Positions 38,810-48,068 of a DNA stretch of 64,000 nt are shown here, piece after piece. The translations under genes were made by a program, and so were the position numbers. The notes under the pieces were generated by a model. It saw nothing but the letters and a program-made list of their open reading frames with translations, did no database searches and was not told where the DNA came from. Source of the stretch: Spirochaetota bacterium. Its GTDB lineage: Bacteria > Spirochaetota > UBA4802 > UBA5550. The DNA is taken from NCBI GenBank assembly GCA_963664815.2, contig CAXXHB010000002.1:192001-256000 (forward strand), written 5' to 3'. Numbering within the stretch: the first letter of the stretch is position 1; the number at the start of each line of letters is the position of its first letter.

Positions 38810-40789
38810 TCAGCGTTTAATCCCGAACTCTTCCATTTTTTTGTATAAAGTATTTCTGGCAATACCAAGTTCCTGTGCTGTCTTCGATATATTGAAATCA
38901 TGTTTTTTAAGGCTTTCCATAATTATCATCATTTCATTGCTCTTGAGGTTTCCGGATGACTTGATATGTTCCGGATGACCTTGTGCGGCAATTAATCTTT
39001 CTGTTTTTTCTCCACTCAGTTCCCTTATATAGGCAGGAAGACAATCTGGTGTTATAGCGTCTCCTTCAGAAAAAACGAATGCTCTTTCTATTATATTTTT
39101 CAATTCTCTCACATTTCCCGGCCAGTTATAGGCTGTAAGAAGCTGAATTACTTCCGGTGTAAGATATTTGTGGCCAGTACTGAACTGTTTCCAGATAATC
39201 TTCAGTATATGTTCCGCCAGCAGCGAAATATCACTTTTCCTGTCCCTCAAGGGGGGGATTGTAAGCTGTATAACATTAATCCGGTAATAAAGATCCTCCC
39301 TGAAATTGCCGATTGCAACCTCTTCAGAAAGACTGCGATTTGTTGCCGCGATTATGCGTACATCAACACGCTTGAATCTGGAACCTCCAATCCGTACTAT
39401 AACCTTATCCTGCAGAAAACGGAGAAGGCTTACCTGCATGTCTTTCTGCATCTCCCCTATTTCATCAAGAAAAAGAGTCCCCCCGTCGGCAAGCTCAAAT
39501 TTTCCAGGCTTTCCCCCTTTTTGCGCTCCGGTAAAGGAACCCTCTTCGTATCCGAAAAGTTCACTCTGTATAAGGTCTTTAGGAATTGAACCACAATTGA
39601 TTGCAATAAACGGACCTGTCGCCCCGCTCTCCATGTGTATTGCCTGTGCTATTAGTTCCTTACCGGTTCCGCTTTCCCCTTCAATCAGAACATTGAATGA
39701 TGATTTAGCCACCCTCAATGCAGAATCGCGGACTTTGAGAAACTCTTCACTCTCCCCTACTATCTGGTCGAATGTAATTGCCGCAAAAGAAAGCTGTCTG
39801 TCACGAATAGGGCTTTTCTTCGTGGAAGTTTTTGTATCTTCCTCAAAGATAAGGAAACTAACAGGTCTATTACTCTCATCCATGATAATTTTGCGGTTTA
39901 CTGTAAACACTCCGCCGGCTGCTTCTTCCTCCAGGCTGACATTTTTTATAATCACGTTTTTAAGTTCATCAACATTGACTGATGCCGCGAGAAGATTTTT
40001 AATCTGCAGATTGCCGGAAATAAAGTCTGTTATGTGTTTACCAATGGCCTCTTTGCGGTCTATTCCTATCCTGTCGAGGAACTTGCGGTTGGCATCCACA
40101 ATATTTCCCTGTTCATCTACAGCCGCAGCTACCTGAGATATAACATTAAGAAGAATCGGTGTATTATGATCGGATATCTGTTCCTTTATGATCTCAGCTT
40201 CAATCAGTCTTGTACCAAGAGATACCATTGACTTAATAGCTGGAAGACTTCCGCTTAAATTTACAACAGCGATAAAACCGGCAATACTCCTGTTATAGTT
40301 GAAAATTGCCGAACCTACTTCGTGCCAGTTATGTGCATGAGAATGAAGATTTTCAAATCCGATAGTTTCAGCTATCTGCCCTGTTCTTATTGCTATTCCC
40401 AGGGCGCTGATAGTACCATTCATCTCATTGCACCTGTGACCAATCCTGATCTGATCATTACCTTTTTCAAGAAGTTCAATAATATCCCCTTCATCATCAA
40501 AAAGCGCCACTACATAAGAATCAGAAATGCCGGAAAGAACCTCGTTAATATCTTTCATGACAGGAACTGATTTCTCTATAAGATTCCTGTTCTTTTCACG
40601 CTTTATTTTTATTTCTTCATCGGAAAGAAGCTGCGGTGTATAGTCGAGCAGATTCCGCTGATAAACCTTCACCCAGGAATCGGCCAGTTCCGGCCTGATA
40701 ACTTCTGTATCAATATTACCGGTACGGATAAACAGTTTCCACGCCTCTTTTATTTGATCGTAATATGACCGCATTATATCATCCCTCAA
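38810..40789 (-). CDS. sigma54-dependent activator (GAF-PAS-AAA+-Fis HTH, AcoR-like)
   Basis: Motifs GESGTGKE, SELFGYEEGSFTGA, LFLDEIGE, WPGNVREL, AQELGIARNTLYKK; N-terminal IRPELADSW. Confidence 0.93.
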   Translation of the reverse strand: MRDDIMRSYYDQIKEAWKLFIRTGNIDTEVIRPELADSWVKVYQRNLLDYTPQLLSDEEIKIKREKNRNLIEKSVPVMKDINEVLSGISDSYVVALFDDEGDIIELLEKGNDQIRIGHRCNEMNGTISALGIAIRTGQIAETIGFENLHSHAHNWHEVGSAIFNYNRSIAGFIAVVNLSGSLPAIKSMVSLGTRLIEAEIIKEQISDHNTPILLNVISQVAAAVDEQGNIVDANRKFLDRIGIDRKEAIGKHITDFISGNLQIKNLLAASVNVDELKNVIIKNVSLEEEAAGGVFTVNRKIIMDESNRPVSFLIFEEDTKTSTKKSPIRDRQLSFAAITFDQIVGESEEFLKVRDSALRVAKSSFNVLIEGESGTGKELIAQAIHMESGATGPFIAINCGSIPKDLIQSELFGYEEGSFTGAQKGGKPGKFELADGGTLFLDEIGEMQKDMQVSLLRFLQDKVIVRIGGSRFKRVDVRIIAATNRSLSEEVAIGNFREDLYYRINVIQLTIPPLRDRKSDISLLAEHILKIIWKQFSTGHKYLTPEVIQLLTAYNWPGNVRELKNIIERAFVFSEGDAITPDCLPAYIRELSGEKTERLIAAQGHPEHIKSSGNLKSNEMMIIMESLKKHDFNISKTAQELGIARNTLYKKMEEFGIKR

Positions 40790-40963
40790 AGTTTACCCAT
40801 GACTAAGATTAAATAATTCAATTTTTAACGACAAGCACTTTTTAAAAAGAAGCCTATTTCTGTTTTGGCAAACATAGATCTCCATTTTTTCCGGTTCTTG
40901 AATTCAATATTTATTCCTTAATTTTATGTGATAAAATTTTCTGCAAAATATAGACTTTAGCAT

Positions 40964-41025
40964 TGTTCAGTTTTTGAGCAAAAGTGTTCAATAATTTATC
41001 ACCCATGTTGCTGTCTTATTGAACA
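40964..41025. promoter_or_regulatory. candidate enhancer (UAS) sites for the sigma54 activator
   Basis: Three imperfect TGTTCA-N5-TGAACA palindromes starting at 40964, 40985 and 41009. Confidence 0.55.
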
Positions 41026-41236
41026 GTTCATTAAACAACAGAACTTATCAATAACATACACCAACTTATCTGAGAAAAATAAAATATTATATATTTATTT
41101 CTTTTTAGAAACCTGAATGAATTCTGGAGCGACTTTTTACTAACATGGCAAATTAAAGTGTTACTTATCATATTTCCTATCTTATAGATGAATAAATATT
41201 TTAAATAATATTTCCATTTAATCAAATTTGATTTTC

Positions 41237-41252
41237 TGGCACGGAATATGTA
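41237..41252 (+). promoter_or_regulatory. sigma54 -24/-12 promoter of the fix operon
   Basis: TGGCACGGAATATGTA has a consensus -24 TGGCACG; the -12 position reads GT instead of GC. It is divergent from a bEBP gene. Confidence 0.7.
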
Positions 41253-41370
41253 TATATTAGTAGTTAAGTAAAGCTATGCTGATACCAATATATCTGGTTT
41301 CAGTACAATACAAATTATAAATTATGCGGTTACTGATCTATAAAACAGATTCAGCCGTAATGAGGTTAAA

Positions 41371-42150
41371 ATGTCAAAAGTAATTGTCTGCTTTAAATGG
41401 GTCAAAGTTGAGGAAGATATAAGAATTGATCCCGCCAGTCTGAACGTCGATTTAAGCAAAGCAAAGGGAAAAATAAGCGAGTACGACAGGAATGCTATCG
41501 AAGCTGCAAAAACTGCTTCCGAAGCAATCGGCGGAGAATCCGTAGCACTAACTTACGGAGCAGCTGATTCCAAAACATCTCTGAAAGATGCCCTTTCTCG
41601 CGGACCTAAACAGGCCTACTGGGTAAACGACCAGTCTGCTGAAAATGCCGACGGATTTGTTACAGCGAATGTACTTGCAGCAGCCATTTCAAAAATCGGG
41701 GATTACAGCCTTGTAATTTGTGCAGAAGGCGCTGCTGATACCTATGCACACCAGGTTGGCCCAAGAATAGGAACACTGATTAATGTTCCTGTTATCTCTT
41801 ATGTGAAAGATATGAAAATTGAGGGGAACAAACTGACCGCTGTAAGAAAACTGGAAAATTCGCTTGAGCAGGTTGAAGTTGAACTCCCTGCAGTGGTTAC
41901 AATTCTTCCAGAAATGAATCCAGCACCGATTCCCGGCCTTAAAGCGGTTCTTGAAGGTGGTAAAAAACCGATAACTGAATTCAAGATCCAGGATCTTGGC
42001 CTCAGCGATGAAGATGTAAAAAGGAAAACAGAAATTGTATCATTTAAAGGCTGCTCGATGTCACGAAAAAACATCATGTTTGCTGAAGGCGATGCTAAAG
42101 AAAGAGTTAACGCTCTTGTCGCCGCATTAAAGAAAGAGGGGGTACTGTAA
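41371..42150 (+). CDS. fixA: electron transfer flavoprotein beta subunit (FixA)
   Basis: Motifs KISEYDRNAIEAA, KDALSRGP, GAADTYAHQVG, LPAVVT. Confidence 0.9.
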   Translation: MSKVIVCFKWVKVEEDIRIDPASLNVDLSKAKGKISEYDRNAIEAAKTASEAIGGESVALTYGAADSKTSLKDALSRGPKQAYWVNDQSAENADGFVTANVLAAAISKIGDYSLVICAEGAADTYAHQVGPRIGTLINVPVISYVKDMKIEGNKLTAVRKLENSLEQVEVELPAVVTILPEMNPAPIPGLKAVLEGGKKPITEFKIQDLGLSDEDVKRKTEIVSFKGCSMSRKNIMFAEGDAKERVNALVAALKKEGVL

Positions 42151-43067
42151 TGGCCGGGATCTATGTATACTCAGATAATTTGGATTTAAACGGCGAGCTG
42201 ATCTCTCTTGCCAGAACTTCCGGGCAGGAAGTTTGTGTAATAACAATGAATGATTCCGATACCGTGGAAATTTCAAAGTACGGACCGGATACTGTTTTTA
42301 CGCTGAAGGGTCAGAATACGATCGCAGAAAGTTATACTGATGCTATGGCTAAACTCCTCACTGACCAGAATGCATCGGCATTCCTTGTTGGAGCCACTGT
42401 ACGTGGACGGGACATAGCAGCCCAGGTCGCTGCAAGATTAAAAGCTGGACTTGTAAGTGAAGCCAGCAGCGTATCTTTCAAAGATGGTTCAATTCAGACT
42501 GTGCGCTTTATATACGGCGGCCTCACTGAACTTGCAGAGATATGTAAAACACAAACCGTAATAACAATTTCTTCAGGAAAATATCAGGCTGTAGCAAATG
42601 ATTCTGTAAAAAGCGTCGTGGTATCCATGACCGTTGATACCGATTCACGAGTAAAACTTATCGGATCATCACCGATTATTAAAGAGGGTGCCGATCTTTC
42701 GAAAGCAAAAAGAATTGTTTGTGTTGGTATGGGATTTGATAAGAAAGAGGATTTAAAAATAGCGGAAGACCTCGCCTCTGCATTAAATGCTGAAGTTGGC
42801 TGCACAAGATGTATAGCTGAGGACAGGGGATGGATGCCTGCTGAATTATATATTGGCATCTCCGGAGCAGTTGTTAAACCGGATCTATACCTTTCACTCG
42901 GGGTTTCCGGACAGATTCAGCACACTTTCGGAGTACGGGATTCAAAAGTTATTGTAGGTGTTAACAATAACGACAAAGCAACTATCTTCAGTGTTGCGGA
43001 TTACGGTATAGTGGGAGACCTTTACGAGATTGCTCCTCTTCTTACAGAGGCTGTAAAGAATAGTTAA
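42150..43067 (+). CDS. fixB: electron transfer flavoprotein alpha subunit (FixB)
   Basis: Motifs YIGISG..VKPDLY..GVSGQIQH and ADYGIVGDL. Confidence 0.9.
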   Translation: MAGIYVYSDNLDLNGELISLARTSGQEVCVITMNDSDTVEISKYGPDTVFTLKGQNTIAESYTDAMAKLLTDQNASAFLVGATVRGRDIAAQVAARLKAGLVSEASSVSFKDGSIQTVRFIYGGLTELAEICKTQTVITISSGKYQAVANDSVKSVVVSMTVDTDSRVKLIGSSPIIKEGADLSKAKRIVCVGMGFDKKEDLKIAEDLASALNAEVGCTRCIAEDRGWMPAELYIGISGAVVKPDLYLSLGVSGQIQHTFGVRDSKVIVGVNNNDKATIFSVADYGIVGDLYEIAPLLTEAVKNS

Positions 43068-43120
43068 TGAGCGCGGGCTTTTGCCCGTCTCCGATTTATT
43101 TATAAGGAGGTAATCACAAA

Positions 43121-44404
43121 GTGAGCGAAGAAGATAAATTTGATGTGATTATAATAGGTGCAGGCCCTTCCGGAATAGCATGCGCTTATACGCTTGCAAA
43201 AGAGGGGAAGAATGTACTTGTCATAGAACGTGGAACATCTGCGGGAAGTAAAAATGTTACAGGCGGAAGATTTTATACCTATGCGCTTGACCTTGTTGAA
43301 CCGGGATTATGGAAAGATGCCGCTCTGGAGAGAAAGGTAACTCATGAGCAGATAATGATGATGGATAAAGAATCTTCTGTCACAATAGACTACTCAAACC
43401 CTGCATTCAGTAAAGACGGGGAGATGCCGCAATCCTTTACAATACTACGGGCTGTATTCGATGAATGGTTTGCTTCAAAGGCTGAGGAACAGGGTGTGGT
43501 TATTGCATGCGGTATAAAAGTTGACGGACTTATCGAAAAAGACGGACGGATAGCAGGAGTAAAAGCAGGCAGTGACGAGATGTATGCCGACCTCGTTATA
43601 GCTGCTGATGGAGTAAATTCTATAATCGCCCGTGAGGCTGGACTTGTTCCGGAACTATCTGCTGAAACAATAGGTGTCGGAGTAAAAGAGGTTATAGAAC
43701 TCCCTGCAAAAATCATAGAAGAACGATTTCGTGTTAAGCCGGGTGAAGGAGTAAGCTTGTTAATGCTCGGATGTACAGAGGGTATTCACGGCGGAGGATT
43801 TTTGTATACAAACAATGAGAGTGTTTCTCTCGGCTGCGTATTTACTCCTTCCGAAGTAACAAAGAATGGCAGGCAGATTCATGATATTTTCCAGGATCTA
43901 AAAATGCATCCGTCTGTATACCCGCTCATTGAAGGTGGCAAAACTGTTGAGTATGCCGCCCACCTTGTACGTGAAGAGGGTCACCGGGGCATCCCTAAAA
44001 AACTTTACCGCGACGGACTCCTTGTAATAGGAGAAGCAGCCGGTTTTGTTGTTAACATGGGTTTTACAATCCGGGGCATTGATCTTGCAATGGTGAGTGG
44101 TGTTGCAGCTGCACGTGCAGTAATAGGCGGGAAAAATCCCGGTCCGTCATATATTGAAGAACTTGATAAGATAAAACTTTTTCCTACAATGAAAGCAGTG
44201 GATGGATACTTTGACCTTCTTGAAATACCCAGAATGTATGCTGCTTATCCAAAAATTGCAACGGGTGTTTTCAATAAAATGTACAGCATCAATAGTGAAA
44301 CTCCAGTCAGTATAAAGAAAGGAATCTTCTCTGTATTGAAGGAAAACAAGGTTTCACTCTGGCAGCTTGTTAAAGATGGTATAAGGGGGTATAGATCAAT
44401 ATGA
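43121..44404 (+). CDS. fixC: FixC-family FAD-dependent ETF:quinone oxidoreductase
   Basis: Motifs IIGAGPSG, GSKNVTGGR, AADGVNS, GGGFLYTN, EYAAHLV.E.G. Confidence 0.92.
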   Translation: MSEEDKFDVIIIGAGPSGIACAYTLAKEGKNVLVIERGTSAGSKNVTGGRFYTYALDLVEPGLWKDAALERKVTHEQIMMMDKESSVTIDYSNPAFSKDGEMPQSFTILRAVFDEWFASKAEEQGVVIACGIKVDGLIEKDGRIAGVKAGSDEMYADLVIAADGVNSIIAREAGLVPELSAETIGVGVKEVIELPAKIIEERFRVKPGEGVSLLMLGCTEGIHGGGFLYTNNESVSLGCVFTPSEVTKNGRQIHDIFQDLKMHPSVYPLIEGGKTVEYAAHLVREEGHRGIPKKLYRDGLLVIGEAAGFVVNMGFTIRGIDLAMVSGVAAARAVIGGKNPGPSYIEELDKIKLFPTMKAVDGYFDLLEIPRMYAAYPKIATGVFNKMYSINSETPVSIKKGIFSVLKENKVSLWQLVKDGIRGYRSI

Positions 44405-44697
44405 GTATAAAACAGATGGAAGCTCCGGAACTTCTTAACCTCAACAGATTCGAAGTCGATGAAGAAGTTCCTCATATAGTTCTGGATAAAGAGATTTGTA
44501 AAACCAAATGCATGGAAAAACCCTGTCTTACAGCTTGCCCTGCTGTTTTGTACAAACTCGATAAAACCGGTGATATTACTTTCGATTATGCGGGATGTCT
44601 TGAATGCGGCACATGCAGAATTGTATGTAAGGCAAATGGTATAACCAAATGGGAATATCCCAGGGGTACTTTCGGCGTCAGTTACAGGCATGGATGA
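44401..44697 (+). CDS. fixX: FixX ferredoxin
   Basis: Motifs CKTKC..PC..CPA and GCLECGTCR..C..WEYPRG.FGVSY; ATGA overlap with fixC. Confidence 0.92.
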   Translation: MSIKQMEAPELLNLNRFEVDEEVPHIVLDKEICKTKCMEKPCLTACPAVLYKLDKTGDITFDYAGCLECGTCRIVCKANGITKWEYPRGTFGVSYRHG

Positions 44698-44774
44698 TTA
44701 ATTGGTCTCATGCTGTAATCATTAAAATGTAAGCATTAAAAATTAAAGGATATAAATAGGAGGTTTTTTATAAT

Positions 44775-45938
44775 ATGTGGTACATGAATGAAGAAAGAGA
44801 GCTTATGCTCAATGTCGTAAAAGATTTCGTTAATCAGGAAGTAAAACCTGTAGCAATGGAAATTGATAAAACTTCAGAATTCCCCAAAAAACTTTTTAAA
44901 AGAGCCGGGGAACTGGGTCTTCTTGGAGTAACTATTGCTGAAGAGTTCGGCGGGCTCGGCAAAGATCACACAACAAACTGTCTCATAATGGAAGAGATTT
45001 CAAAAAGCCTTCCTGTACTCTGTGTAGCAATGGGAGCTCATACACTCCTTGCTGGCGGACTTCTCAATATGCTTGGCACTCCGGAACAGAAAAAAAAGTA
45101 CCTTGTACCTGCATGTTCAGGGGAAATTATCCTGGCCTGCGGATCTACTGAACCTGCCGGCGGAGCGAATCATATTGAGCATACTACAAAAGCAGTTCTT
45201 GATGGCGATCAGTGGGTAATAAACGGCGGGAAAGTTCTGATAAGCAACATCGGCGTTGCAGATATTTATGTAGTACTCGCAATTACCGGAGAAAAGATGG
45301 ATCCTGTAACAAGAGAAGGTATGAGCGCATTCATAGTACCTGCGGGTACACCCGGCCTTGAAATCGGAAAGCATGAACACAAACTCGGCTGGCACGGTTC
45401 TGCAACTGGAAGTATCTCTTTTAAAAATATGCGGATTCCTAAAGAGAATCTTCTTGGACCAGCCGGAAAATGCATGCAGGCGCTTTTCGTAAGTGCAACC
45501 GATGAATTTCTCAGCTGCGGACCTGTTGGACTTGGAATGGCTGAAGCTGCTTACGAAATGGCATATAAATACAGTAACGAAAGAATCCAGCGCGGTCAGA
45601 CTCAGTACGACAGGTTCCAGGTTACAAGGCATAAACTTGTTAAAATGTACGGGGAGATAGAATCTCTCAGAGCCCTTGTATATCATACCGCTGCACTAAA
45701 AGACAGCGGTGAACTTCCTCTTAAACTTGGCCGTATGCTGAAGATAAAGGGCGCCCAGGTTTCAGAGTATGTCGCAGGAGAGGCAATACAGATATTCGGC
45801 GGAGTAGGTACGATCGTTGACACAGGAGTTGAACGTTTCTGGAGAGATGCAAAAGTCCTTGCCATAGGAGGTGCATCTGTCGAGGCACTTGTTGAAGACA
45901 TCTGTGTTATTACAAAACACAAAATGAGCAGGTACTAG
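44775..45938 (+). CDS. acyl-CoA dehydrogenase
   Basis: Motifs TEPAGGA, WVINGGK..ISN, KLGWHGS, AIQIFGGVG, ERFWRDAK. Confidence 0.92.
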   Translation: MWYMNEERELMLNVVKDFVNQEVKPVAMEIDKTSEFPKKLFKRAGELGLLGVTIAEEFGGLGKDHTTNCLIMEEISKSLPVLCVAMGAHTLLAGGLLNMLGTPEQKKKYLVPACSGEIILACGSTEPAGGANHIEHTTKAVLDGDQWVINGGKVLISNIGVADIYVVLAITGEKMDPVTREGMSAFIVPAGTPGLEIGKHEHKLGWHGSATGSISFKNMRIPKENLLGPAGKCMQALFVSATDEFLSCGPVGLGMAEAAYEMAYKYSNERIQRGQTQYDRFQVTRHKLVKMYGEIESLRALVYHTAALKDSGELPLKLGRMLKIKGAQVSEYVAGEAIQIFGGVGTIVDTGVERFWRDAKVLAIGGASVEALVEDICVITKHKMSRY

Positions 45939-46068
45939 TATCCAGATTTCAGATTAACCGGATGATAAACCGTAATCCATAGCAGATTGTTTTCCCCCGG
46001 ATAAAAGTATTCAGTTCATCCGGGGAAATGACAATATTAAATCAAAACAAAGGAAGGAGAAATATCAA

Positions 46069-46875
46069 ATGTATTCATACACAAAAACTTTTGACCATGT
46101 AGTTACATTTAAAAAGGAAAATGGAATAGCAACCATTACTCTTGACTGTCCTCAGAATATAAACAGGATCAATGAACAGCTTATTGATGAACTCACTGCA
46201 GCTCTTGAACAGGCAAACTGGGACAGGGAAGTTCGCGTTATCGTACTCAGGGGAACTGGTGAAGTCTCTTTCGGCCCCGGCGATCTTGAAATTATTAAAT
46301 CAAAGCTTGCGAAGAATCTCCTTGAAGCCCGTGAGGTCATGACAGAGATAGGAAGTATGCTGAAAAAAATGTACACTATCGGAAAACCGATAATCGGAGT
46401 TGCGGAGAAAGGGTGTATCGGCGGCGGCTGCAACATTCTTTTATCAAGTGATATAGTTATTGCATCAGAAGAGGCATATTTTCACGAAGTATTCGTTAAC
46501 TTCGCTCTTACCCCGGATTCAGGCGGATTATGGGCCCTTCAGAGGCTTGTTGGCCCGATGAAAGCCAAAGCAATCTGTATGCAGGGCGATCCTGTAAAGG
46601 CAAAAGACGCTTTTGATATGGGTATGGTTTACAAAGTTGTTTCTGCTGACAAAGTATATGATGAAGCGTATGCACTTGCCGCAAAACTGGCAACAAAATC
46701 TCCGGTCGGCATCAATCATATCAAACAGATTTCAAACCGGCTCCATGACTATACCATGGATACCTATTTTCAGATTGAAGCTGATTATCTTTCATTGGGT
46801 GCTCTGAGCAGCGACTTTAAAGAGACAAACATTGCCATGATGGAAAAAAGATTCCCGCAATATAAGGGATATTAA
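46069..46875 (+). CDS. enoyl-CoA hydratase/isomerase family, PaaG-like
   Basis: Motifs KPIIG..G.CIGGGCN and FVNFALTPDSGG. Confidence 0.88.
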   Translation: MYSYTKTFDHVVTFKKENGIATITLDCPQNINRINEQLIDELTAALEQANWDREVRVIVLRGTGEVSFGPGDLEIIKSKLAKNLLEAREVMTEIGSMLKKMYTIGKPIIGVAEKGCIGGGCNILLSSDIVIASEEAYFHEVFVNFALTPDSGGLWALQRLVGPMKAKAICMQGDPVKAKDAFDMGMVYKVVSADKVYDEAYALAAKLATKSPVGINHIKQISNRLHDYTMDTYFQIEADYLSLGALSSDFKETNIAMMEKRFPQYKGY

Positions 46876-47018
46876 AATAAAACTATTTATGAAAAAATAT
46901 TTTTACTGGTGCAATATAAAATCTATGGTGTCTCAGGCTGGTGGTCTTAAAATCCAGATATGGGATACCATCAGATTTTAATGAATTAAATAAAAAATTA
47001 TATAAAGGATAATGAAAT

Positions 47019-47774
47019 ATGAAACTTAAAGATAGAGTAGCAATAGTAACCGGCGCCGGGACTGGAATAGGACGGGAAATAGCCCGTGAATATGCCCGCG
47101 AAGGAGCAAAGGTTATCGTTTCTGATTTTGTCAAGGAAACAGCAGAAGAAACAGTAGCCATGATAAAAAAAGAGGGTGGAGTCGCTCTTTTCATTCAGGC
47201 AGATGCATCCAAAGAGGCCGAAGTTGAGAATTTAATGAATAAAACAGTATCTGAATTCGGTAAAATTGATATACTTGTAAACAATGCAGGTATAGGAGGA
47301 ACTCTTTCCTCAATGAATGAAATCACTGTTGAAGAATGGGACAAAGTTATGGAAGTAAATCTCAAAGGACCATTCCTTGCTGTAAAAAAAGCACTTCCTT
47401 TTATGGTTAAAAACGGTAAGGGTAATATCATCAATATAGCTTCTATGGCGTCATTTGCTGCCGGACGGGGCGGGTTAGCTTATACAGCTGCAAAACATGG
47501 ACTTCTCGGATTTACCAGACAGCTTTCATTTATGCATGGCGCACAGGGTATAAGAACAAATGCTATATGCCCGGGACCTATTGAAACAGCAATGATTAAA
47601 AGAGTTCTTGAAATGCCGCAGCACCCATTGAATATGAAAATCAAGGCTTCTCCTGCCGGAAGAGCCGGCAAGTCTGAAGAAGTTGCCAAACTAGCACTTT
47701 TTCTGGCTTCAGATGATTCAGAATTTATTCATGGTGCAGCATACCAGATAGACGGCGGTTATACTATTTTCTAA
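47019..47774 (+). CDS. short-chain dehydrogenase/reductase
   Basis: Motifs TGAGTGIG, NNAG, YTAAK, ICPG. Confidence 0.93.
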   Translation: MKLKDRVAIVTGAGTGIGREIAREYAREGAKVIVSDFVKETAEETVAMIKKEGGVALFIQADASKEAEVENLMNKTVSEFGKIDILVNNAGIGGTLSSMNEITVEEWDKVMEVNLKGPFLAVKKALPFMVKNGKGNIINIASMASFAAGRGGLAYTAAKHGLLGFTRQLSFMHGAQGIRTNAICPGPIETAMIKRVLEMPQHPLNMKIKASPAGRAGKSEEVAKLALFLASDDSEFIHGAAYQIDGGYTIF

Positions 47775-47826
47775 AATATACCTGTTGATTTACACATGTT
47801 TGTTTAAAAAACATTAATACTTCCTG

Positions 47827-47857
47827 AAAAAAAGCCGGAATATTTCCGGCTTTTTTT
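47827..47857 (+). terminator. intrinsic terminator of the fix operon
   Basis: aaaaaaagccggaa-tat-ttccggcttttttt. Confidence 0.85.
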
Positions 47858-48068
47858 ATTATCTACAACTGAAAATATTACAGATACTACCTGTTAAATA
47901 TTTTTCATTTATTTCTTTCTTTCAAAAAATCACCGGAAAACTTATTCTTTTACCTCTATCCATCATAGCATTATATTTTATATAACATGTGAGCCAGTTA
48001 AAAATGTTTGCATTATAAAAACTATTATAATATATTTATCGCATAATAAAAAATACAGAGGTCAGCTG

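Noticed and set aside
39170-40136. Long antisense ORFs (139 and 276 aa) in the sigma54 activator
   Set aside because: They are shadow frames of a well-conserved AAA+ gene and have no motifs of their own.
41371-44697. Nitrogen fixation inferred from fixABCX
   Set aside because: There are no nif genes in the window, and the context is acyl-CoA metabolism as in cai/ydi-type operons.
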